A DNA stretch of 64,000 bases. Source: Gammaproteobacteria bacterium (GTDB lineage: Bacteria; Pseudomonadota; Gammaproteobacteria; Steroidobacterales; Woeseiaceae). A program made the position numbers and the translations under genes. Positions 10,181 through 20,248 of the stretch are shown piece by piece; position 1 is the first letter of the stretch; every line of letters starts with the position of its first letter. The notes under the pieces are model-generated. The model made no database searches. It was not told the origin of the DNA and was given only the letters and a program-made list of their open reading frames with translations. The DNA lies in NCBI GenBank assembly GCA_009937445.1, contig JAACFM010000002.1:11551-75550 (forward strand), given 5' to 3'.

Positions 10181-11706
10181 GTACTCAGGCTGGGCAATAT
10201 CGATGCGGCATGCGCGCAATAGGCCCCCTGATCAACAATGGCCGCGACGCGCCGGATATCCGAAGACAAAGATCGATCTTCCTCATACCTCGGTGATATC
10301 TCGCGCAACTCAGCGATCACGTCCTCGATCACCGGCGAACTCTTCTTTGGGCGATGAAACTCAATGCCCTGCGCCGCAGCCAGTAATTCGATTGCAATAA
10401 TATCGGCGACGTTATCAATCATCGTATGCAGTCGCCGGCCAGCAAAAGTCGCCATGCTCACGTGGTCTTCCTGATTCGCCGATGTCGGCAAACTGTCCAC
10501 GCTCGCCGGGTGTGCGTGCGACTTGTTTTCGGAAGCCAGGGCCGCCGCTGTTACCTGCGCCATCATGAAGCCGCTGTTAACACCACCGTCTTTGACGAGA
10601 AACGGCGGTAGACCGCTCATATGAGAATCAATCAACAATGCGATGCGACGCTCTGACAAGGCACCTATCTCGGCAATCGCGAGCGCCAGATAGTCTGCTG
10701 CAAGTGCGACGGGCTCGGCGTGAAAGTTACCGCCCGACAATACTGACTTCGAATCCGTGAAGACCAGCGGGTTGTCGGTCACTGCGTTCGCCTCTGTTTG
10801 CAGAACGGAGCACACATGTTTAATCACATCGAGACAGGCACCGACAACCTGTGGCTGGCAACGAATGGAATAGGGATCCTGAACCCGGTCGCAGCCTTCA
10901 TGTGATGCCCGAATATCGCTGCCATGCATGACTTCTCGTAACACGCTGGCAACTGCGATCTGGCCTCCGTGACCGCGCACATTCTGAATCCGCTTGTCGA
11001 ACGGTGTGTCACTACCCTTGATAGCGTCGGAGGACATGGCACCGGCCACCAGTACGGCGGCCAGCAGATTCTCGGTACGGAATACGGCCGCCAAAGTGAG
11101 CGCTGTAGAAACTTGCGTGCCATTAAGCAGGGCCAATCCTTCTTTCGGCGCGAGTTGGATCGGCTCAAGTCCCGCTGCGCCAAGCGCATCAACTGCGGAC
11201 ATCAGGCTGCCGTTTACACGAACCTCACCCTCACCGATGAGTGCCCCGGCCATATGCGCAAGCGGTGCCAGGTCGCCTGACGCGCCAACAGAGCCGCGCG
11301 ATGGAATGCGCGGATAGATGTTGTGATTGATCATGCTGCAAAGCAATTCGACAAGCTCGACACGCACACCGGAAAAACCCTCGGCCAGCGCGATGACTTT
11401 CATCAACATGACAAGCCGAACGATCTCGTCGTCAAGATCCTCGCCAACGCCGACTGCATGCGAACGAACCAGGTTTACCTGCAAGCGCGCCAGCTCACTG
11501 TCGCTGATACGGACCGATGCCAATTGACCGAAACCGGTATTGACGCCATAGACCTGCTCACCGCCCGCTACTACGTCATCGATCAGTTCATTTGACTCCG
11601 CAATACGATGTTTCGCGCTCAGACCCAGCGACACCAACAGCGGTTTCTGCCAGGCGGCGCGAAGAACGTCGAGAGTGACCAGTTGATTGTTTATCGTCAG
11701 TTTCAT
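10177..11706 (-). CDS. hutH: Histidine ammonia-lyase
   Basis: MIO-forming motif [14 protein letters not shown]. 509 aa, full-length family match. Confidence 0.95.
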   Translation of the reverse strand: MKLTINNQLVTLDVLRAAWQKPLLVSLGLSAKHRIAESNELIDDVVAGGEQVYGVNTGFGQLASVRISDSELARLQVNLVRSHAVGVGEDLDDEIVRLVMLMKVIALAEGFSGVRVELVELLCSMINHNIYPRIPSRGSVGASGDLAPLAHMAGALIGEGEVRVNGSLMSAVDALGAAGLEPIQLAPKEGLALLNGTQVSTALTLAAVFRTENLLAAVLVAGAMSSDAIKGSDTPFDKRIQNVRGHGGQIAVASVLREVMHGSDIRASHEGCDRVQDPYSIRCQPQVVGACLDVIKHVCSVLQTEANAVTDNPLVFTDSKSVLSGGNFHAEPVALAADYLALAIAEIGALSERRIALLIDSHMSGLPPFLVKDGGVNSGFMMAQVTAAALASENKSHAHPASVDSLPTSANQEDHVSMATFAGRRLHTMIDNVADIIAIELLAAAQGIEFHRPKKSSPVIEDVIAELREISPRYEEDRSLSSDIRRVAAIVDQGAYCAHAASILPSLST

Positions 11707-13370
11707 TTGGCGTCTCCTGTCTCGCCAACCATCGGGAGATTGAGTCCGAATTCCTCGGCACAGTCGATCGCTATGTCATAGCCCGCATCGGCGTGGCGCA
11801 TCACACCAGTGGCCGGGTCGTTCCACAGCACTCTTGCGATTCGCTTGTCGGCCTCCGGCGTTCCGTCGCAGACAATGACCAAACCGGCATGCTGTGAGTA
11901 ACCCATACCAACGCCGCCTCCGTGGTGCAGCGACACCCAGGTCGCACCGCCCGCGGTACTCAGTAGTGCATTGAGCAAGGGCCAGTCGGAAACCGCATCA
12001 CTGCCATCTTGCATGCTCTCGGTTTCCCGGTTCGGGCTCGCGACCGAGCCACTGTCCAGATGGTCGCGGCCAATAACGACCGGTGCCTGCAGCTCGCCGT
12101 TTCGCACCATTTCATTGAATGCCAGTCCAAGCCGATGGCGCTGACCAAGGCCGACCCAACAAATCCTTGCTGGCAAACCCTGAAACTTGATTCGATCCCG
12201 CGCAGCATCGAGCCAGTTGTGCAAATGCAGGTCATCGGGAATCAACTCCTTAACCTTCGCATCGGTTTTGTAAATATCTTCGGGATCGCCAGACAAGGCC
12301 ACCCAGCGGAACGGTCCAACGCCGCGGCAGAACAACGGTCGAACGTAGGCGGGTACGAACCCCGGGAAGTCGAACGCATTCTCTACGCCATCATCGAATG
12401 CGACCTGACGAATATTGTTGCCGTAGTCGAACGTCGGTATGCCCTGCTTCTGGAAATCGAGCATTGCCTGAACATGAATCGACATGGATTTGACCGCCGC
12501 CGCAACGACTGCATCCGGGTCGCTGTCGCGTTTTTCATACCACTGCTCGACGCTCCAGCCGATCGGCAGGTAACCGTTTGCCGGATCGTGGGCCGATGTC
12601 TGGTCCGTTACTGCATCCGGCCGGATACCGCGCTTCAGCATCTGGGGCAAAATTTCGGCCGCATTTCCGAGCAGACCCACGGACACGGCTTTCTTATCGC
12701 GTGCTGCTTTTTCGATGATGTCCATCGCCGCGGACAGTGAGTCGGCACGAGTATCCAGATAGCCGGTTGCGAGCCGCATCTCGATGCGATCGATCTGGCA
12801 TTCGATCGCCAGCATTGAGGCGCCGGCCATGGTCGCAGCCAGTGGTTGAGCGCCGCCCATACCACCCAGCCCGGCAGTCAGTATCCAGCGACCGCTCAAA
12901 TCACCGTCGTAGTGCTGCCGCCCCATTTCCACGAACGTCTCGTAAGTGCCCTGCACAATGCCCTGGCTGCCGATGTAGATCCACGATCCGGCCGTCATCT
13001 GGCCGTACATCATCAAGCCCTTCTTATCGAGCTCGCGGAAGTGGTCCCAGTTCGCCCACGCAGGAACGAGATTCGAGTTTGCAATCAGGACCCTTGGCGC
13101 ATCTTCGTGTGTGCGAAACACGCCGACGGGTTTTCCGGACTGCACCAGAAGTGTTTCATCAGACTCGAGATTTCTCAATGACTCGACGATAGCGTCGAAA
13201 CACTCCCAGTTGCGAGCCGCTTTGCCGATGCCTCCGTAAACGACCAGATCCTGTGGCCGTTCCGCAACCTCCGGATCGAGGTTGTTCATCAACATGCGCA
13301 GCGGTGCTTCAGTAAGCCAACTTTTTGCGGTGAGCTCGGTACCGGTTGGCGATTTGATAATCCTGTTCAT
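11703..13370 (-). CDS. hutU: Urocanate hydratase
   Basis: 555 aa. Urocanase blocks ([21 protein letters not shown]). Confidence 0.95.
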   Translation of the reverse strand: MNRIIKSPTGTELTAKSWLTEAPLRMLMNNLDPEVAERPQDLVVYGGIGKAARNWECFDAIVESLRNLESDETLLVQSGKPVGVFRTHEDAPRVLIANSNLVPAWANWDHFRELDKKGLMMYGQMTAGSWIYIGSQGIVQGTYETFVEMGRQHYDGDLSGRWILTAGLGGMGGAQPLAATMAGASMLAIECQIDRIEMRLATGYLDTRADSLSAAMDIIEKAARDKKAVSVGLLGNAAEILPQMLKRGIRPDAVTDQTSAHDPANGYLPIGWSVEQWYEKRDSDPDAVVAAAVKSMSIHVQAMLDFQKQGIPTFDYGNNIRQVAFDDGVENAFDFPGFVPAYVRPLFCRGVGPFRWVALSGDPEDIYKTDAKVKELIPDDLHLHNWLDAARDRIKFQGLPARICWVGLGQRHRLGLAFNEMVRNGELQAPVVIGRDHLDSGSVASPNRETESMQDGSDAVSDWPLLNALLSTAGGATWVSLHHGGGVGMGYSQHAGLVIVCDGTPEADKRIARVLWNDPATGVMRHADAGYDIAIDCAEEFGLNLPMVGETGDAK

Positions 13371-14131
13371 TGACTCAGGTTCTCCAGTTGAACGACATCG
13401 GCGCTTGCCGTCCGCAATTGTCCAGGTGGCGTGTAATGCCCCATGAGTTCGTAGCGACTACCCGGATGGTGTAGCCGTGCAAAAGTCACTGGTCGTCCCT
13501 CTGACCAGGTTCGACGAATGACGACCAGAGTCGGTTCGTCATCCGCCATGTCGAGTCGTTTCCGCGTCGCCGAATTCGGCACACTGGCACGAACCGACTG
13601 TTCCGCTTCCTGCAACGGCGCGACGCCGGTGAGGTAGGCGCTCGGTGTCATCAAAATAAAGTCCTGCTGCAGACAATCTGGCGCGAAACTCGCCAATACG
13701 TAGCGATCTTCGACCTGAATCGGCACTTCATTCTCCGCATGCACAAGCAGCAGATGGAAGACATCCGTGCCCTGCTCGACATGCAGCGCCTTGGCGATTT
13801 CCCCGCGTGCATGCTGCAGCGACTGGCGCAGCACTGTGCTTGAATGGGTGTGACCGCGGCTTGTGATCTCGTCAGCTATGTTCTGCACTTCCAGAAGATG
13901 CGAACGTGAGCGGTAATCGGAAACGAAGGTTCCGCTCCCGGCGATACGTTCGACGTAGCCTTCATCATTCAATTCCCTGAGAGCGCGATTGGCGGTCATT
14001 CGTGACACGCTTTTCGATTCGACCAGGTCGTTTTCCGATGGAACTCTATCCAGGGGTCGTAGCGCACCACTCGAAATTTGTTCGATGATGAAATCCTTGA
14101 GCTGCTGATAACGTGGCTTGGCTGCATTCAT
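13367..14131 (-). CDS. hutC: Histidine utilisation repressor, GntR/HutC family
   Basis: GntR winged helix ([40 protein letters not shown]) plus a UTRA-type C-terminal domain. Embedded in the hut operon. Confidence 0.9.
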   Translation of the reverse strand: MNAAKPRYQQLKDFIIEQISSGALRPLDRVPSENDLVESKSVSRMTANRALRELNDEGYVERIAGSGTFVSDYRSRSHLLEVQNIADEITSRGHTHSSTVLRQSLQHARGEIAKALHVEQGTDVFHLLLVHAENEVPIQVEDRYVLASFAPDCLQQDFILMTPSAYLTGVAPLQEAEQSVRASVPNSATRKRLDMADDEPTLVVIRRTWSEGRPVTFARLHHPGSRYELMGHYTPPGQLRTASADVVQLENLSQ

Positions 14132-15486
14132 TGCTTTGACCCCAGAGTCGCCATCGCTTCGGCGTAGGCAGCGCGAGAGCGGTCACGCGCCACGTGCATC
14201 GCATCGATGACGCGCCACTCGCCGTTCACCATGACTCGCTCGACCGGCAACGGATATCCGGAGAAGACGAGCGCATCAAGTCGCGAGTCATCGCCGTGAC
14301 CGGCAAGCATGGGATCGTCATCTGAGAGAACGACAAAGTCCGCCGCAGCGCCCTGCTCGATGCCGGAACTTTCCTGGCCACTCGCTGCGGCGCCGCCCTC
14401 CAGCGCCCGCAGGAACAGTTCGCTGCCCACGTGGCTGTCCCGAAGCGACACGATGTTGCGAGATTGCGTCGCCAGTCGCTGGCCGTATTCAAGCCAGCGC
14501 AACTCCTCAAATGGATTGATCGATACGTGACTGTCTGAGCCGATCGCGATCCTGCCGCCGTGTGTCAGAAAGTCATGCAACGGAAACAAGCCGTCACCGA
14601 GATTCGCCTCGGTGCTTGGACACAGACTGACAACCGCGCCGGATTCTGCCAGCGCCGCGACCTCTTCAACGTCCATATGCGTTGCGTGCACAAGACACCA
14701 GTTTCGGGCGACATCGCAGTTCTCCAGCAACCAGCGCACCGGACGCCTCCCGTAGGCCACCAGACATTGTTCGACTTCCCGCTGCTGCTCAGCGATGTGC
14801 AGATGCATGGGAATGAAGGCACTGTTCGCAGCGGCCGCTATCGTCTGCAGCGAATCCCGGCTGACCGCTCTCAGGCTGTGGGCACCGATGCCGATGTTGA
14901 TCGCAGCGCTGCTGGTCGCGCTGGCGCGCTCATAGTGCGCCATAAAGTCATCAATCGACATCGCGAAGCTCTGCTGATGAGGCAGTGGTTCTGAGTCATT
15001 GAATCCGGCACGCTCATAATGCACCGGGACATAGGTCAGTCGAATCCCACTCTCTTCAGCCGCTGTTGAAATTGCGGCGAACATCGTATCGACGGCATCC
15101 GGATTTTTGGGATCACGATGCAGGTAGTGAAACTCGGCAACCGACGTATAGCCACTGGTGAGCATTTCGCAGTAGACCTGCCTGGCTATTGCCGTCAGGA
15201 GCGCGGCATCGACGCGCCCTGCCAGTGCGTACATTTTTTCTCGCCAGGTCCAGAAATTGTCCCGGCCGGCCGGCGAACGCTCTTCCGTATGACCCGCCAG
15301 CGCACGCTGAAATGCATGGCTGTGAGCGTTGCACAGTCCGGGAATAACGTAGCCGACGGACGTGTCACCGGGTGACGCAGCAACACCGGATTCAAGACCC
15401 GCAATCAGCCCGCCAGCGACGTGCAGGCGCACGTTTGCAGTCCATCCGGATGCCAGTAATGCTCTCTTTGCAAATACCGTGGCCAT
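14128..15486 (-). CDS. hutF: Formimidoylglutamate deiminase
   Basis: Amidohydrolase fold (CNAHSHAFQR, HLHIAEQ). First gene of the hut operon. Together with hutG it defines the five-step pathway. Confidence 0.88.
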   Translation of the reverse strand: MATVFAKRALLASGWTANVRLHVAGGLIAGLESGVAASPGDTSVGYVIPGLCNAHSHAFQRALAGHTEERSPAGRDNFWTWREKMYALAGRVDAALLTAIARQVYCEMLTSGYTSVAEFHYLHRDPKNPDAVDTMFAAISTAAEESGIRLTYVPVHYERAGFNDSEPLPHQQSFAMSIDDFMAHYERASATSSAAINIGIGAHSLRAVSRDSLQTIAAAANSAFIPMHLHIAEQQREVEQCLVAYGRRPVRWLLENCDVARNWCLVHATHMDVEEVAALAESGAVVSLCPSTEANLGDGLFPLHDFLTHGGRIAIGSDSHVSINPFEELRWLEYGQRLATQSRNIVSLRDSHVGSELFLRALEGGAAASGQESSGIEQGAAADFVVLSDDDPMLAGHGDDSRLDALVFSGYPLPVERVMVNGEWRVIDAMHVARDRSRAAYAEAMATLGSKQ

Positions 15487-15503
15487 ACCTGTCCCATGTA
15501 AGT

Positions 15504-15513
15504 TGTATATACA
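15504..15513. promoter_or_regulatory. Candidate HutC operator in the divergent hutF/hutI control region
   Basis: Perfect 10-bp palindrome TGTATATACA, which fits the GntR/HutC-type GT-N-TA-N-AC core. It is the only intergenic space of the locus (15487-15570). Confidence 0.55.
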
Positions 15514-15570
15514 GGCTAGACCATGATAATTTTCGTTGCAACTGCTGTCGAACCGACATGGATAAACAGG

Positions 15571-16794
15571 ATGTCTGACTGGGATTTACTGCTGACCAAC
15601 GCTCGCATTGCGACGATGCGCGACGATGCGCCCGACTACGGTGTAGTCGGCGAGTCAGCCGCTCTTGCAATCAATGACGGACGGATCGTCTGGATTGGTG
15701 AACAGTCTGCACTGGGGAATCACAAGGTAAAAGAATCGCGCTCGCTCGATGGTCGCTGGATCACCCCCGCGTTGATTGATTGTCATACGCACATCGTATT
15801 TGGCGGTGACCGGGCTGCTGAGTTCGAACAGCGTTTGCGTGGTGCGAGCTACGAAGAGATCGCTCGCGCCGGTGGCGGTATCATGTCGACAGTCAGGGCG
15901 ACGCGTGACGCGTCAGCTGACAAATTATTCAGCGCAGCGATGATTCGGGTGCAATCCCTGGCACGTGAAGGTGTAGCGACGGTAGAGGTAAAGTCCGGCT
16001 ACGGACTCGACCGCGATACCGAAATTCGCATGCTAGAGGTGGCGAGAAAACTTGGGCAAGAATCTGCCGTTGATATTCGAACAACCCTGCTCGCCGCGCA
16101 CACGGTGCCACCGGAATTCGCCAATAATGCCGATGATTACATCGACCTGATTTGCGACGAACTCCTGCCGGAAGTTGCGCAGCGGAAACTGGCGGACGCC
16201 GTCGACGGTTACTGTGAGTCGATCGCCTTCAGCGGACCACAGATCGCGAAATTGTTTGCCACGGCCGCGAAACATGATCTGCCGGTCAAACTTCACGCAG
16301 ACCAACTCAGCGATAGCGGTGGCGCAGAACTCGCAGCTTACTTCGGAGCGCTGTCCGCTGATCACCTCGAATACACCTCACAAAAAGGGGTCAAAGCCCT
16401 TTTTGACAGCGGCTCCGTCGCCGTGCTGCTGCCCGGCGCTTTTTTGACACTGGGAGAAACGCAATTGCCGCCGATCGATGATTTACGATCGAATGGCGTG
16501 CCGATCGCCGTGGCGAGCGACTGCAACCCGGGAACCTCCCCGATCTGCTCATTGCGTACGGCAATGATGCTGGCAAGCCGGCTGTTCCGACTAACACCGG
16601 AGGAGTGTCTGGCCGGCACAACCCGGAATGCCGCTCGTGCCCTTGGTCTTCTGGATGATCGCGGCACACTGGAGCCTGGTAAACGCGCTGACCTGGCCAT
16701 CTGGGACATCAGTCATCCACGCGAACTGGCGTACTGGACCGGCACACCACAGCTGGCGGACCTCATGATAGGCGGGCACACTTACGTTCCTTGA
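15571..16794 (+). CDS. hutI: Imidazolonepropionase
   Basis: IDCHTHIVFGGDRAAEFE and the rest of the amidohydrolase fold. I preferred ATG 15571 (MSDWDLLL, preceded by AACAGG) over the ORF-track start at 15523. Confidence 0.92.
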   Translation: MSDWDLLLTNARIATMRDDAPDYGVVGESAALAINDGRIVWIGEQSALGNHKVKESRSLDGRWITPALIDCHTHIVFGGDRAAEFEQRLRGASYEEIARAGGGIMSTVRATRDASADKLFSAAMIRVQSLAREGVATVEVKSGYGLDRDTEIRMLEVARKLGQESAVDIRTTLLAAHTVPPEFANNADDYIDLICDELLPEVAQRKLADAVDGYCESIAFSGPQIAKLFATAAKHDLPVKLHADQLSDSGGAELAAYFGALSADHLEYTSQKGVKALFDSGSVAVLLPGAFLTLGETQLPPIDDLRSNGVPIAVASDCNPGTSPICSLRTAMMLASRLFRLTPEECLAGTTRNAARALGLLDDRGTLEPGKRADLAIWDISHPRELAYWTGTPQLADLMIGGHTYVP

Positions 16795-18017
16795 ACGCCC
16801 ACCTCGCCCAGTCCCGCAGATTTGTCATCACGCTCGGCCTGCTAACGGCCGTTGCGGCGTTGACTGTGGATCTCAGCCTGCCCGCCATTCCGGCGATGGT
16901 CGACGCACTCAACACGACGCTATCGCGCGGGCAGCAAATCGTTGGCGTATTCATGTTCGGTATGTCACTGGGCCAAATTCCGTCCGGACTGGCGTCTGAC
17001 CGCTTCGGACGAATACCGATACTCTATGCAGGCATGGGGCTCTTCGTCTTTGCCGCCTGCGTTGCCGCAACCGCCGATGACATGGAGTTGCTGCTCATAG
17101 CCCGATTCGTGCAAGGCTTCGGTGCCGCCTCGGCGATTGTCGTTTCTCGTGCTGTCGTCCGTGACATATCTTCCGGCAAAGACGCCGCTCGACTGATGTC
17201 TTTGATGACAATGATTTTCACCGCGGCGCCGGTTATTGCACCGAGTATTGGCGCCTTGCTGGTCTCCAACTGGAACTGGCGCGCACCCTTTATTGTCATC
17301 ACCATCTGCGGCTTCGCATTGTTATTCGGCATTCGCAGCAACCTGGTTGAAACACATGTACCGGATGCGTCGGAACATCCGCTGCGGCAACTGGTTTCCA
17401 GTTTTCGTGAGTATTTCTCTCACCGGCAAAGTATTTTCGGCCTGCTGTTGCTGATTCTGCCGCCGGCCGGATTCATGTCCGTGATTGCTGTGTCGGCCGC
17501 GCTGACGGTTGAAATTTACGGATTTTCGATTACCGAATACGGCATTATTTTCGCCTGTGCAGGATTGTCGATTCTTGCGGGATCAGCCGTAAATCGCTGG
17601 CTCGTCGGCCGTTTCGATGTGATGCAGTTGATCAAGCTCGGCGTTGCCCTGATCTTTGCCTCCAGCGCACAGCTCGCCATCATCGCCTGGTTGGATTCGG
17701 CGCCTTTCTGGTGGGTCTGGGCCTGCGTTTGCCTGTACATGTTCACAATCGCGATTTTGATGCCAAACGCGACGGTTCTGGCGCTCGACCCTCTACCAAA
17801 AATTGCTGGCGTTGCATCGTCGATTATTGGTACTACACAGAACGCGGTCGGCGCGTCAGGCGCCATTCTCGGCGCTCTGATCTACGACGGTTCAGTAAGA
17901 AATGCCGTCATAATTATGGCAACGGCAGGCACCGTAACCGCCGGCATTTTTCTGTTCAGGCCGTTGATCGTCCCGGAACCGCTGGTGCATCACCGCGACG
18001 AACTCGCTCGCGACTAG
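16791..18017 (+). CDS. MFS transporter, Bcr/CflA-like
   Basis: 12-TM-type sequence with N-terminus LGLLTAVAALTVDLSLPAIPAMV and motif GLASDRFGRIP. The TTG start overlaps the hutI stop (TTGA). Confidence 0.8.
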   Translation: MNAHLAQSRRFVITLGLLTAVAALTVDLSLPAIPAMVDALNTTLSRGQQIVGVFMFGMSLGQIPSGLASDRFGRIPILYAGMGLFVFAACVAATADDMELLLIARFVQGFGAASAIVVSRAVVRDISSGKDAARLMSLMTMIFTAAPVIAPSIGALLVSNWNWRAPFIVITICGFALLFGIRSNLVETHVPDASEHPLRQLVSSFREYFSHRQSIFGLLLLILPPAGFMSVIAVSAALTVEIYGFSITEYGIIFACAGLSILAGSAVNRWLVGRFDVMQLIKLGVALIFASSAQLAIIAWLDSAPFWWVWACVCLYMFTIAILMPNATVLALDPLPKIAGVASSIIGTTQNAVGASGAILGALIYDGSVRNAVIIMATAGTVTAGIFLFRPLIVPEPLVHHRDELARD

Positions 18018-18598
18018 GGTAATTCGGTGAATACATCCTCGACGCTTTTGCGTGACTGTGTCGGCGTGAGCTTCGGATAGCCATACCAGATCAGCCCCAC
18101 GACGAAAGACTCCGCCTCGTCAATACCGAGAATATCAAGGAAGCGTGAATCACGCGTGATATCTCCGGTCGTCCACTTCGAGCCGATACCGGCCTTCCAG
18201 AGATACAGCAGAAGATTCTGCACGGCAGCACAACAAGCGGCGTAGTCCTCCTGCTGCAGTAATTCGTCTTGCGACCGCTGGCACGTGACCACCAGCCAAC
18301 CCGGCTTTTCAGACCAGCTCTGACGCTTGAACCTGGCGGCCTTTTCTCCCTTCTTCTCTACAACGATAGCCGCGCACAGGTCCAGGCATTGCTCCCTGGC
18401 CTCTTCACCCAGTGTAAAAAAATGCCACGGCTCGGTGACGTGGTGATTTGGCGCCCAGATCGCCGCATCAACCGCCTCGTAGAGCAGCTTTTCTGGTACC
18501 GGTGTTTGCAGAAACAGCTCTATGGTTCGTCGCTCGCGCAGCACTTCAGCAAACTCGCGAAGTGCCTTTGTCTCGTAGCTCGGCGCAGTCTGTTTCAT
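18014..18598 (-). CDS. Nitroreductase family protein
   Basis: 194 aa. RRTIELF...AIWAPNHHVTEPWHF is typical of the NADH/FMN nitroreductase fold. Confidence 0.75.
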   Translation of the reverse strand: MKQTAPSYETKALREFAEVLRERRTIELFLQTPVPEKLLYEAVDAAIWAPNHHVTEPWHFFTLGEEAREQCLDLCAAIVVEKKGEKAARFKRQSWSEKPGWLVVTCQRSQDELLQQEDYAACCAAVQNLLLYLWKAGIGSKWTTGDITRDSRFLDILGIDEAESFVVGLIWYGYPKLTPTQSRKSVEDVFTELP

Positions 18599-18621
18599 GA
18601 CACGCGTTCGTCGGTCATCGT

Positions 18622-19170
18622 CTACTTGACCCCGGAGGTCATGCGCCGCAGGACATCGTTCTTTGCGATGAAGTGATTATACAGTGCGGCCAGGACATGG
18701 ATGATCAAGAGCAAGGCAAGCGGCTTCCACACAAACTCATGGACTTCCTCCCACCACTCGTGCGCGTCGTGATTTTCAGTCACCGGCAAGGGCACGGTGA
18801 ACAATCCGAACACAGGAAGTCCCTTCCCGCCCGTCCCTACAACCATCGCCCCGGCAAGCAGCTGTGCGAAGACCGTGATATAGAGTCCCCAGTGAACCAC
18901 AGAGGACACCATGCGTTGCAGCGGCGCCATTCCTTCAGGATGCGCCGGCACTTCGTTCATAAACCGCCAGACTATCCGCATGGTCATCAACACGAGGGTT
19001 ATGGTTGCAATCGATGCGTGAATGAATCGAATCCGGCTTTTTTCGTCGCCACTCTCCATATCCGCCTGATCGAGTCCAAGGTAGATCAGGGCAAACAAGC
19101 CAATCGCTATCAGCCAATGCAATGCTTTGGCCAGAGATCCATATTCTGCGCTGGTATTTCTGAGTCCCAC
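18622..19170 (-). CDS. Cytochrome b561 family membrane protein
   Basis: LAKALHWLIAIGLFALIYLG and 4 TM segments with conserved His residues (CybB-like). Confidence 0.8.
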   Translation of the reverse strand: MGLRNTSAEYGSLAKALHWLIAIGLFALIYLGLDQADMESGDEKSRIRFIHASIATITLVLMTMRIVWRFMNEVPAHPEGMAPLQRMVSSVVHWGLYITVFAQLLAGAMVVGTGGKGLPVFGLFTVPLPVTENHDAHEWWEEVHEFVWKPLALLLIIHVLAALYNHFIAKNDVLRRMTSGVK

Positions 19171-19182
19171 AGTATTGCCCTC

Positions 19183-19461
19183 CTAGTCCAGGCCCAGCTC
19201 GAAGCCAGCCTCCAGTTCGTGTTTTGAATACGCCCTAAAAGCGATCATGGTTTCCGTCTCAACGATGCCCTCCAGATGACGCATCTTGTCGCTGATAACC
19301 TCAGCCAGCTCATCGTTTTTTGATACACGGACAATGGCAACAAGGTCGTAGCGACCGGCCACGGAAAATACTTCGGAAATCCCGGGGGTTTCCGCAATTT
19401 GATTGGCAAGATCCGGGATCCGGCTTGTCTCGGCTTTTATCAGGACTATCGCTGTAACCAT
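19183..19461 (-). CDS. Stand-alone Lrp/AsnC-type ligand-binding (RAM) domain protein
   Basis: 92 aa. IVLIKAE...VFSVAGRYDLVAIVRV...ETETMIAF pattern with no HTH. Confidence 0.65.
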   Translation of the reverse strand: MVTAIVLIKAETSRIPDLANQIAETPGISEVFSVAGRYDLVAIVRVSKNDELAEVISDKMRHLEGIVETETMIAFRAYSKHELEAGFELGLD

Positions 19462-19512
19462 CAGGTTCTCCGCGCACCAAAGTTAGTGCACGAAGACTAT
19501 CATCAGCAGACC

Positions 19513-20190
19513 TCAGTCTGCAGCAGCAATCTCGCGGGCAGCCGCCAGCAATTCATCTGCAGGCAATCGAACCTTGTAGTCGGCGTTCGTGTAAGCGAAG
19601 TTGATCACGCCATCACGGTCGATGGCGAATACCGCCGGTACGGGAAGGACACCGTGTTTAAGCATCGATGAGTCCTCAATGTCCTGACCCTTTTCATTGC
19701 GGCGATTTATGGTCCGCTGCGACGCCTTGAACGCAATACCCAGCGCCACCGCTGCCTGTGCATCAGCATCAGACAGAAGCGTGTAATCGAGTCCGTCGAT
19801 ATCCTCTTGCGTTTCCTGGCTCAGGGTCTCAAACAGGAGCTCGGCGCGGTCACCGCTCAGGAACAGAACATCGACTCCCATCGCCCGTATTTCCGGTATC
19901 GCGTGACGCATATCGCTGAGGTAGGCATTGCAGAAAGGGCACCAGCCACCACGAAACGTCAGCAATACTGCGGGACGCTCAAGATTCTCAGGATCGAAAT
20001 CGAACGCTTCGCCGTCGACTGTTTCCACGACAAAGCGAGGTGCCTTGTCGCCCTTGGCGAGCGGTTCGATCAACGCGGCGGACTCTGCTATGGGAACATC
20101 AGCATGGCCGGCTTGAATCGCAATACTGCAAACGATACTCGCGGTCATCATGAGGGCGAAAAGAACGTGTAGTATCGAACGGAAGGGCAT
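19513..20190 (-). CDS. Exported thioredoxin-fold protein (AhpC/TSA / redoxin-like)
   Basis: Signal peptide and the WCPFC active-site motif in FRGGWCPFCNAYL. Confidence 0.75.
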   Translation of the reverse strand: MPFRSILHVLFALMMTASIVCSIAIQAGHADVPIAESAALIEPLAKGDKAPRFVVETVDGEAFDFDPENLERPAVLLTFRGGWCPFCNAYLSDMRHAIPEIRAMGVDVLFLSGDRAELLFETLSQETQEDIDGLDYTLLSDADAQAAVALGIAFKASQRTINRRNEKGQDIEDSSMLKHGVLPVPAVFAIDRDGVINFAYTNADYKVRLPADELLAAAREIAAAD

Positions 20191-20248
20191 GATCAGGTAC
20201 TCCTGCGGATTTCGATAGTTGACCGTTAACAGGCCGGATTTATTTCAA

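Noticed and set aside
15611-15630. Exact 10-bp tandem duplication CGACGATGCG x2
   Set aside because: It lies inside hutI and reads through in frame as part of ...IATMRDDAPDY.... There is no frameshift and no further copies, so it is most likely chance or a codon-level repeat.
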